Assembly: GCA_903932505.1 (NCBI GenBank)
Contig: CAIZGN010000056.1
Coordinates: forward strand, 1 to 63,172
DNA: 63,172 nucleotides
Reading direction: 5' to 3'
Source: Candidatus Hydrogenedentota bacterium
GTDB lineage: Bacteria > Hydrogenedentota > Hydrogenedentia > Hydrogenedentales > CAIZGN01
Shown here piece by piece: positions 36,710 through 44,537 of this stretch (positions within the stretch are counted from its first letter, which is position 1; every line of letters begins with the position of its first letter). Made by a program: the position numbers and the translations under genes. Below the pieces are notes generated by a model that had not been told where the DNA came from, ran no database searches, and saw only the letters and a list, made by a program, of their open reading frames with translations.

Positions 36710-37711
36710 CTACTTTACCGTCAACGCGGGGCTGTCACAAGGCGCATCCCAAAGGGCAAGGAGTTCCTCGTCCATCCGCGCGATACACAGCTGAAAACCG
36801 CCCATCTCCTGCACGGTCAAATACTGGCCCACAAGACTGCGGGCAAGCGTGATATTTTTCTCCGCGAGACCCTGTTTGACGCGCCGCAACACGATGTACA
36901 GCTCCATCAAAGTCGTCGAACCCACGCCATTAATCAGGACAAGGACGTTGTCGCCGGATTTAAGGGTCAGATCGTCGATAAGCGCGGTCAGCATGATATC
37001 GGTCGTTTCATCGGCCGATTTCAACGACTGCGTGCCGCCACCGGCCTCGCCGTGCTGGCCCATGCCCACCACCATGATGTCGTCGGGAATCTCGGCGATA
37101 ACCCCGCCCGTACTGGGGTGTGTGGCACCGGAAACCGCGAGAGCCAGCGTGGCCATGTTGCTTTCCATGCGTTCCGCGATAGCCTTGCATTCTTCGAGGG
37201 ACTTGCCCATTTCCGCCGCCGCGCCCGCAACCTTGATCACAGGGAGGCAGCCCACGAGTCCGCGACGTTCTTCCGGTTCATTGCGCGGACCACCCGAAAT
37301 ATCTTCATGCGTCAAGACGGATTCGACCTTCAAGCCCTCCGTCTTGGCCATATCCATGGCAAGGTTTGCCGATAGCACATCACCCGCATGGTTGAGCACG
37401 ACAAACAGGGTTCCGGCGTCGCGGTTGGCCTTGCGCAGGGCCTCAAGCACCCGGGGTGGCCCGGGCGCGGCGAAAATTTCGCCGGGCACACTGATGTCGA
37501 GCATCCCCTCGCCCACAAATCCGCTGAGCGCCGGTTCATGCCCGCTGCCGCCGAGTGTCACCAAGGCGACCTTGTCCGTGGCCTTTGGGTGGGCTCGCAC
37601 CACCAGATTGCTGCCCTCCATGCGCACTTTTTTCTCGTGCGCGATCGCAAATCCCTCAAGCAGTTCCGACACCAGCGCTTCGGGCTGGTTGATCAGTTTC
37701 TTCATCGCCAT
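36710..37711 (-). CDS. dhaK: dihydroxyacetone kinase, substrate-binding subunit DhaK (Dak1 domain)
   Basis: Start ATG 37711 (MAMKKLINQPEALVSELLEG) with GGAAGGA upstream. VALVTLGGSGHEPALSGFVGEGMLD contains the conserved GGSGHEP site. Confidence 0.85.
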   Translation of the reverse strand: MAMKKLINQPEALVSELLEGFAIAHEKKVRMEGSNLVVRAHPKATDKVALVTLGGSGHEPALSGFVGEGMLDISVPGEIFAAPGPPRVLEALRKANRDAGTLFVVLNHAGDVLSANLAMDMAKTEGLKVESVLTHEDISGGPRNEPEERRGLVGCLPVIKVAGAAAEMGKSLEECKAIAERMESNMATLALAVSGATHPSTGGVIAEIPDDIMVVGMGQHGEAGGGTQSLKSADETTDIMLTALIDDLTLKSGDNVLVLINGVGSTTLMELYIVLRRVKQGLAEKNITLARSLVGQYLTVQEMGGFQLCIARMDEELLALWDAPCDSPALTVK

Positions 37712-37730
37712 GAAACCATTCCTTCCGAAA

Positions 37731-38048
37731 TCAGCCAATCGGCTGTATGAGTTCGATAACCGCCTCGTTGTCCGTGATGAACGCGCAACGCAACTGGGGC
37801 GTAGCATTGAAGGGGGGAATGATCACATTCTTCCCGGCAATCGCCGCGTCCAAATCTTCCACTTCAAACGCCACGTGCGGGTGCTTCTGGACAAGCGCAT
37901 TGAAATCGCTGTCTGCATCAAAACGCAGGAATTCGACGTTATAGGGGTGCGCCTCCGGATCGGTGACATACACCTTCGCGCTTTCGATGTAGATTTCGTC
38001 GGCAGACTGCCGTGATGTGGGAATCCCAAAATGCCGATACTTAGCCAT
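37731..38048 (-). CDS. small VOC/glyoxalase-fold-like protein
   Basis: 105 aa; HVAFEVEDLDAAIAGKNVII...AFITDNEAVIELIQ resembles the vicinal-oxygen-chelate fold. First gene of the minus-strand dha cluster. Confidence 0.45.
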   Translation of the reverse strand: MAKYRHFGIPTSRQSADEIYIESAKVYVTDPEAHPYNVEFLRFDADSDFNALVQKHPHVAFEVEDLDAAIAGKNVIIPPFNATPQLRCAFITDNEAVIELIQPIG

Positions 38049-38366
38049 GGTCGTTCATCCTTTCTGCTGGTTGGAACACAGGCCTCTACCGTGACAGAAA
38101 ACGGGGGTAAGACGCAACTTGTCTTCCGGGTGGCCGATGGGAGTAGTTCAACCCCTATAGGGGTTGTTTGGTCTTCTTGAGGGATACATCGCCCGTGCGT
38201 TTCACCCACGGCTAACGTTGTTCGGCCCCTTCGGGGCCCATGCTGCCGCAGGCGCCAAACATGAGTACCAACCATATAAAGTGCGGTGGGGAGCGCAGCG
38301 AACACCCCGCTTTGCCCAGATGCGCAAAACCGCCCTTCCCCCCAACGAGGAAGCGCACAAAAAAAA

Positions 38367-38406
38367 ATCCCCCTTCCGAAGGGGGTGGCCCGAAGGGCCG
38401 GGGGAT
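38367..38406. repeat. REP-like nested-hairpin element (copy D)
   Basis: ATCCCCCTTCCGAAGGGGGTGGCCCGAAGGGCCGGGGGAT, preceded by an A9 tract. Intergenic. Confidence 0.75.
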
Positions 38407-38510
38407 GTCAACCCAGCATCACCACCCCAACACATCATCCACCACCGCAACCCGTCCCCGTAACGCAGGCATCCCCGCACTCTCGATGGCGGCTACCCCT
38501 ATCATGTTTC

Positions 38511-40325
38511 TTAGGGATGCGGGGTGGCATCGAGAATCTGCCGCATTTTGGGTACCAGAATCTCGGTGCGCAATGGTTTCACAATGAACGCGCTGGCACC
38601 CTGCTCAATGAGGTGGTCTTCGGAGTAGGGGGTGTCGGCCAATCCGGTCACGAGAATTCTCATGGCGGGGCGATGGGCGAGGCAGCGCGCGATGATCGGT
38701 GCGGGGGTTTGCTGGAGGAGGGTGGCGTCTAGCAGCATAACGTGGATTTCTTTGTGGTGCGTCTGGATCTTGTGAAGCGCGGCGGTAATGTCGAAGGTGG
38801 GCAACACGGTGTAGGCCAGCCGCTCGAGCATGGTGCGGGTGGCCTGTGCGGCATGGCGATCAGGATCAGCGATCAGCACGGTCTCCATCGCGGAAGGGAA
38901 AGCCCATCCACCGGGGGATGCGGCGTGATTTTTTTCTTCCACGGCGGGAAGATAGATGGTGAAGGTACTTCCATGCCCTTCGGTGCTCTTCACAGCAATA
39001 TGTCCGCCGTGATCCCGGACGTTTCGGCTGGCGGAGGGGAGTCCCATTCCACGTCCGCGGAATTTGGTGGTGATGAATGGCTCGAAGATCTTGTCGAAGA
39101 GTCTCGGGCTGATACCCCGACCGTTGTCCTCAACTGCGATGAGCAGATAGGGGCCCGCCTCCAAGTGGGCAAACGAGCGGGCAAGCTCTGGGCCAATCTC
39201 GATGTTGCGCGTAGCAACGCGGATGATACCTCTGCCGTCAATGGCCTCGAGCGCATTGGTGAGGAGCACGTTGAGCGCCTGAAGCAGTTGTTGTTGGGAG
39301 GCCATGCATCCGTAGGGGTGTCGCTCAAGATCCTGTTCGAGACGGATATGCGCGGGCAGTGCTTCGCTCTGGAGGTGGATAGCCTGACGGACGACCTCAT
39401 TGATGTCGATCAGCCTCCAGTGACCTTCGGCGGTGGGTGGTGGGGCGAGGGAGACAAAGGGATCTTCCTGCTCAATCTTTGCGCGCTGAACAGGGCTGGA
39501 CGTGGGGGCGAAGGAGGGAGCGGATTCCTGAAAAATCCAGAAGAAGCGGCCGCCCTCGAGGTCGAGATAGACGCTGGTCACCTGAACTTCCATAACCTGA
39601 TTGTTCCGGAAGCGATGCGCCGCCCTGAACTCGGCGGTACCATCCTCGACGGCTTTCTGATTGCGTGAAGCGAGGTCTTCGGGGCCTGCGGAAACATCAA
39701 ATTCCTGGACGGGGGCACCGATAACCTCCGTGCGGGGATGTCCGGTAAGGGCGCAGTACGCATCGTTCGCCTCGATAATTCGCCCCGTGGCGTCGACGAC
39801 CCAGAAGGGCTGCTCCCCGATTTGGGCGAGGACGCGGTTTTGTTGTTCAGTGCGTCGTGCGCTGGTGATGTCTCTCGCGGCGCAGAGAAGACCGATGCAC
39901 TCGTTCTCGAGAGAGAACATGGGGCTTTTGTAAAAACGAAGCCATTGCCGCCGCTGCCCCACAACTTCCTCCTCCCAGGAATAGGGTCGCCCGCTGCGGC
40001 GCACCATGGCATCGTAGCGGTGAAACGAGGCGGCGATGTGGTCCGGGAAGATCTGAAAATCGTTTCGGCCCCGGATTTCTTCCTCGGTGCGCCCAGCGAA
40101 TCGGCAAAAGGCGAGGCTCGCGGCCTGATAGGTGCCATCCGGTCGCTTGACGGCGAAAAGGTCGCCGTTGCTGTTCAATACGGCTTCAAGGAGTACGCGA
40201 TACTGATGAAGCTTCCGGTCAGCATCGGCGTTTTCAGCGTGCCGGGCTTCGAGCTCGCGGATACGCTCCCGCAGGACGGCCATCTTTCGGCCTACGGAGT
40301 TTTTGCTTCGCTTGGGGTTTTCCAT
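38511..40325 (-). CDS. PAS-PAS-HATPase_c-receiver protein (histidine-kinase-like, no recognisable HisKA/H-box)
   Basis: 604 aa. N-terminal coiled coil, then two PAS-like segments. ATPase N/G boxes LLTNALEAI, VEDNGRGISPRLFDKIFEPFITTK and GRGMGLPSA. C-terminal receiver (VLIADPD...VMLLDATL...FIVKPL). I found no H-E-x-x-N/T-P type phospho-acceptor box between the PAS and ATPase parts. Confidence 0.8.
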   Translation of the reverse strand: MENPKRSKNSVGRKMAVLRERIRELEARHAENADADRKLHQYRVLLEAVLNSNGDLFAVKRPDGTYQAASLAFCRFAGRTEEEIRGRNDFQIFPDHIAASFHRYDAMVRRSGRPYSWEEEVVGQRRQWLRFYKSPMFSLENECIGLLCAARDITSARRTEQQNRVLAQIGEQPFWVVDATGRIIEANDAYCALTGHPRTEVIGAPVQEFDVSAGPEDLASRNQKAVEDGTAEFRAAHRFRNNQVMEVQVTSVYLDLEGGRFFWIFQESAPSFAPTSSPVQRAKIEQEDPFVSLAPPPTAEGHWRLIDINEVVRQAIHLQSEALPAHIRLEQDLERHPYGCMASQQQLLQALNVLLTNALEAIDGRGIIRVATRNIEIGPELARSFAHLEAGPYLLIAVEDNGRGISPRLFDKIFEPFITTKFRGRGMGLPSASRNVRDHGGHIAVKSTEGHGSTFTIYLPAVEEKNHAASPGGWAFPSAMETVLIADPDRHAAQATRTMLERLAYTVLPTFDITAALHKIQTHHKEIHVMLLDATLLQQTPAPIIARCLAHRPAMRILVTGLADTPYSEDHLIEQGASAFIVKPLRTEILVPKMRQILDATPHP

Positions 40326-40372
40326 GACTTGCTGCCGCCCGGATCCCCGGGCAGGTCGCTGTCGCTCCTGGG

Positions 40373-43228
40373 TTACATGGAGGCTTGGCGCATCCGCCCT
40401 TTTTGGGGTTCAGCGTGCAGGCCGAGGGGACGAACATTTTCGGGTAAAGTCTCGTCGGACGCCGTCGAGGGGGCGGCATTTCGTTGGAGGCTCTCAAGAA
40501 GGGTTCCAACCGCTTCCTGCCGCAGCTGGAGATTCTCCAGTTCTTCGGTCAAGGGCTCGAGGAAAAATACTGCGTCGGTAAGGAGTCGCGAGCGGAAAAG
40601 TTCAAGTTCCCGCGTCAATACGCCACGCTGCTCCACCCAGTGTCCCCCGGCGCGCTCAAGATCCTTTTCCCACTGGGTGGCCCGCTCCCGGAGGGTGCGG
40701 AGCTCGGCATCGCGCTCGGCCAGTTCCGTTTTGAGCGGGCTCATTTCCTTCTGCAGCTCATCGATGATCCGCGACGACACGATTTTTTCCGTTTCGAGGG
40801 ATTCGCGTTCCATGCGCAGCTCAGTTTCGCGCTGGGCGAGCTGTCGCTTCACTGTTGCGATTTCTTTTCTCAGTTCGTCCACAGCCATGGACGTGGTGAG
40901 CTTCTCGGCGCTGAAAGAGCGACGCTCGGTGCGCAGGGCGATTTCGTGTTCGGCGAGTTGCGCCTGAAGAGGGGCGATGTTCCCCCGGGCTTGTTCGAGT
41001 TCGCGCTCAGCGGCGGATTTTTGGATTTCGAGTGCGCTGATTTTTTCGCGCAGCGCGGCCAGCAGATCCTGCAGCTCCGCGACTCGGGTCATGCGCTGGG
41101 CCGCCTCGGTTTCGAGTGTCTTGTTTGCTCCCGTCATGCGGTGCAGGCTGTCGCGGGACTGACAGAGTTCCTGCATGACGGACTGGAGATCGGTTTCGGC
41201 CTGCCGGGCGCGCTGTGCGGCTTCGGTGGCCTCGCGTTGGAAGGTCTGTCGCTCGGTGTCCAGTTTTTCCGTCTGCCCGCGCAGGAAGTGAATCTCAACG
41301 CGGGATTCATCACGCGCGGTTCGCGCGGAGGCATGCGCCTCTTTTTCGAGGGCGAGCCACGTGCGCAGCGTATCCCGCTCGACGGTGGCGCTATCCTTTT
41401 CGTTTCGTTCTTCACCCAGTCGCTTCTTCGCGTCGGCCAGTTGAGATTCGATCGCGTTTTTGTCCGACTGAAGCGTCTGGGCCTCGGACTGGATCTTTTG
41501 CAGTTCCTGCTGCAGGCGTCCGGCGTATTCACCCACTTCGCGCAGCTGTCCGCGCACCTGGTTCACCGACGATTCCAACGAATTCCACTGTTGACTCCAC
41601 TGGCTGATGGCTTGCGCGTGGGTCTCGGTCATGATTTGTTTTTCGTACAGCAGGTTCTGGATTTGTTCCCGCAGTTGCGGCGTTTCATCACTGGCGCGGC
41701 GGAGGGCAGCCTCACGCTGGGCACCGGATCGCTGGTACTCCTCCAAGGTAGTCTGGGTTTCATGGAGGGTCTCGGCGAGCGCGTTGGATTCGCTGGAAAG
41801 CTTGTCCACCGTGGCGTGCAATTCGGCCTTTTCCAGTTCGTTTTTCGCGAGAATATCCCGAAGTTTTTCGGATTCCCCGCGCAGGCGCTGGAGCTCGGCT
41901 TTGGTATCCTGCAGATCCTGCGTAGTGGCTTGACCTTCTCTCGCCTGTGTTTCGACCGTAGTCTCAAGGGAAGCGATTCGGGCCTGGGCCTGTCGCAGAT
42001 CTTCCTCGCTGCGCGACCAGAATTCCCGGAGGCTCTGGGCTTCCAGCAAAGAGCGGGTGGTCTTGTCTTCCGCTTCCCGCAGAGAACTCATGGTGGACTG
42101 AAGCTCGGAGGCCTGTCGGTCTCTGGATTCCTCAAGGGCTGTGATATGGGCGCGGGCCTTGCGCGCCTCGTCTTCGCTGCACAGGCCGGATTCCCGAAGC
42201 GTTTCAACTTCCGATTGCAGTTGAGCAGCCTTCTCCCCGGTTTCGCGCAAGGCCTTTGCGGTGCTTTGCAGCTCGCAACGTTGACGGTCGCCCGATTCCT
42301 CGAGCGATGCAATGCGCGCGCGGGCTTGGCACAGCTCGTCTTCACTGCGCAGACCGGATTCCCGAAGGGTCGCGTTCTCCGACTGCAAATGAGTGGCGTT
42401 ATCCTCGGCTGTCCGCAGGGCGAGCGCAGTGCCTTGCAGCTCGCTGCGTTGACGGTCGCCAGATTCTTCCAAGGATGCGATCCGTTCGCGTGCTTGGCGC
42501 AGCTCATCTTCGCTATGCTGGCCCGATTTCCGGAGAAGCTCGGTCTCCGTCTGCAATTGTGCGCCCTTGTCCTCGGATTCGCGCAAGGCGGTTGCAGCGG
42601 TTAGGATTTCTCGAGCCTGACGACCGGCCGATTCCTCAAGGGACGCGATGCGTTCCCGGGCCTGTCGCAAATCGGTTTCACCTTTCGCGCTGGAATTCGT
42701 TAGCGCCTCGGTTTCCGCCCGCAGTCGGGTAGCGCGGCCTTCAGCATCGCGCAAGCCGTGTGTGGCTACTTCCAACTCGCGGGCTTGTTGAGCGGTAGAT
42801 TCTTCGAGGGATGCGATGCGCGCGCGCGCCCGGCGTATTTCTTTTTCAAGCGCACGTTCCCGTTGCCGTTGTGCAGGGCTGGGATCGTCGGAGAGCGGAA
42901 TGGATTGGGTGCGCAGTTGGACGACTTCGCGCGCGAGCTTGACACGCTCCTCGTTGAGCGCGGACAGACGGTGTTCGGCTTCGGTGGCGCGAATCTCCTG
43001 CCGCTCCAATTCCTGTTGGAGGGCCGAGACCTGCACATGAAACGAGTGCACATCTGCGGTGCCGGTGGGTCCTCCGCTGGACAAGAGTTCAGCCAGTCGC
43101 CCCAATTGTTCGCGACCTTCGGCAATCTGCCGGGTGAGGGCCGTCTGTGCTTCGGTAATTTCCTCGCACCAGCGGGTTATGACCGATTCCAGCCTCGGCG
43201 AAAATCGCCCGTTTTCAAGAGTGGCCAT
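40373..43228 (-). CDS. 951-aa coiled-coil protein with tandem 56-aa repeats
   Basis: E/Q/R/L/A-rich heptad-like sequence throughout. The repeats begin AR(E/A)RIASLEES. The 706-aa ORF on the opposite strand is F/G/L/R-rich antisense junk. The gene ends 47 nt upstream of the PAS-HATPase-REC gene on the same strand. Confidence 0.75.
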   Translation of the reverse strand: MATLENGRFSPRLESVITRWCEEITEAQTALTRQIAEGREQLGRLAELLSSGGPTGTADVHSFHVQVSALQQELERQEIRATEAEHRLSALNEERVKLAREVVQLRTQSIPLSDDPSPAQRQRERALEKEIRRARARIASLEESTAQQARELEVATHGLRDAEGRATRLRAETEALTNSSAKGETDLRQARERIASLEESAGRQAREILTAATALRESEDKGAQLQTETELLRKSGQHSEDELRQARERIASLEESGDRQRSELQGTALALRTAEDNATHLQSENATLRESGLRSEDELCQARARIASLEESGDRQRCELQSTAKALRETGEKAAQLQSEVETLRESGLCSEDEARKARAHITALEESRDRQASELQSTMSSLREAEDKTTRSLLEAQSLREFWSRSEEDLRQAQARIASLETTVETQAREGQATTQDLQDTKAELQRLRGESEKLRDILAKNELEKAELHATVDKLSSESNALAETLHETQTTLEEYQRSGAQREAALRRASDETPQLREQIQNLLYEKQIMTETHAQAISQWSQQWNSLESSVNQVRGQLREVGEYAGRLQQELQKIQSEAQTLQSDKNAIESQLADAKKRLGEERNEKDSATVERDTLRTWLALEKEAHASARTARDESRVEIHFLRGQTEKLDTERQTFQREATEAAQRARQAETDLQSVMQELCQSRDSLHRMTGANKTLETEAAQRMTRVAELQDLLAALREKISALEIQKSAAERELEQARGNIAPLQAQLAEHEIALRTERRSFSAEKLTTSMAVDELRKEIATVKRQLAQRETELRMERESLETEKIVSSRIIDELQKEMSPLKTELAERDAELRTLRERATQWEKDLERAGGHWVEQRGVLTRELELFRSRLLTDAVFFLEPLTEELENLQLRQEAVGTLLESLQRNAAPSTASDETLPENVRPLGLHAEPQKGRMRQASM
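41822..42829 (-). repeat. about 6 tandem 168-bp coding repeats inside the coiled-coil gene
   Basis: Units start at 42829, 42661, 42493, 42325, 42157 and 41989 (minus strand). Peptide units: ARARIASLEESTAQQARELE..., ARERIASLEESAGRQAREIL..., ARERIASLEESGDRQRSELQ..., ARARIASLEESGDRQRCELQ..., ARAHITALEESRDRQASELQ..., AQARIASLETTVETQAREGQ... Confidence 0.85.
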
Positions 43229-43704
43229 CCTTTTCGTCCTTGCGCGCGCAACTCGCGTGCGCCATCGTAAACGTGACCTGACACTTTTTCCATGCTTCCA
43301 AAGACCGCAAGTTCAACGGGGCGGCTGAACCTGCTCCGACCTTCAATTTCAGGCCGAGACGGGTCATATGCCGCAGGCGCTTATTTGCCTCTACCACATA
43401 TTGTATACGATGAAGTACGAAAAACACAATATGTTGGATGTGAACTTAGAAAGAATCTATAGAGGGGAAAAATGCCTATTTCGCAGACCGACAAAAACCA
43501 CCACAAGGCGTCGTCCGTGAAATAGCGAGGACTACCCATGGTATTGATGCCAAGGCGCGTCGTGTGATGTAAAATAAGGCTTACCTTGATTTTTCGAAGC
43601 CGAAATGCTTCAATGACGGCTGCGCATGCGAGCATTAAGACTGCGTTCCCTGATTGATTCGGGGCGGTGCTTGCTTGATGAAGGCCTACGGGAGGACGAA
43701 TACT

Positions 43705-44505
43705 ATGATTCAGTTGGGTGTGAACACCGTATTGTTTGGTGGCTTCGATCTGCGAACCGCGTTGCAGCACATCAAGTGGGCCGGTTACGATTCTGCAGAA
43801 ATTTCTGCGATCCAAGGCATGTGCGAGCACCTGTGTCTCGACACATGGAAAAAAGATGCCGCCGACATCAAAGCAATAAGCGCGGATTTGGAATTGCCGT
43901 TGACTGCGATGGAAGAGGCCGCGCTGGATGAGGATCGGCTACTGCGTGCGTTTGAAGCGGGCGCGGAAATCGGCATTCCGATCATCAATGTGGGGCCGGG
44001 CGGCGAGAAGGGAAATGCAGAACACCTGAAGCGCTCGATCGAGACCTTGGCAAAGTTGGCGGAGCAAGCCGAGGCCTTCGGTGTGACGTTGTGCGTGAAG
44101 GCGCATGTCGGCGCGGCTATTGTGGACACGTTGACCACGTTGGAGGCCATGGCCCAAATCGATTCCCCGGCTTTCGGCATCGACATGGACCCCAGCCACA
44201 TTCATCGCGCGGGCGAAGTGCCCAAGGAAGCGCTGGCCCAAGTCGTCTCCCGCGTGAAGCATGTGCACATTCGCGACTGCGTGGGTCTCGGCCCGAGTCC
44301 CGGCACCCCGGAATTGCAGGCCTGCGGGCGCGGCGACATTGATCTCACGGGGTACTGCAAGGTGCTCGTCGATGCGGGCTACGAAGGGCCAGTAAATCTC
44401 GAGGTCATCGGTGCAGCGGAATATCCCGTGGCACGCTGCGCGATTATTGCGGCAGAAAGTTATGGTTATCTTAACGCTTGCCTGAAGGCCTGCGGTGGAC
44501 GATAG
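43705..44505 (+). CDS. sugar phosphate isomerase/epimerase (xylose isomerase-like TIM barrel) family protein
   Basis: ATG 43705 (MIQLGVNTVLFGG) with GGGAGGA upstream. AGYDSAEIS, LCVKAHVGAAI, HVHIRDC and GPVNLEVIG are typical of the family. Confidence 0.75.
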   Translation: MIQLGVNTVLFGGFDLRTALQHIKWAGYDSAEISAIQGMCEHLCLDTWKKDAADIKAISADLELPLTAMEEAALDEDRLLRAFEAGAEIGIPIINVGPGGEKGNAEHLKRSIETLAKLAEQAEAFGVTLCVKAHVGAAIVDTLTTLEAMAQIDSPAFGIDMDPSHIHRAGEVPKEALAQVVSRVKHVHIRDCVGLGPSPGTPELQACGRGDIDLTGYCKVLVDAGYEGPVNLEVIGAAEYPVARCAIIAAESYGYLNACLKACGGR

Positions 44506-44537
44506 GGAAAAACGTATTTCCAGCAAGGAGCATACTC

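Noticed and set aside
36849-38015. 388-aa plus-strand ORF across dhaK and the VOC gene
   Set aside because: It is antisense to clear DhaK (GGSGHEP) coding sequence. The translation is S/P/A/R-rich and low-complexity.
40484-42604. 706-aa plus-strand ORF
   Set aside because: It is antisense to the coiled-coil gene. The F/G/L/R-rich repetitive translation is the mirror image of E/Q/L/A/R heptads. The minus-strand product is the plausible one.
41822-42829. Regular 168-bp periodic repeats, considered as a CRISPR array or satellite
   Set aside because: The repeats are contiguous with no unique spacers. They are in frame and encode a continuous coiled-coil peptide, and the period is far longer than CRISPR repeats.
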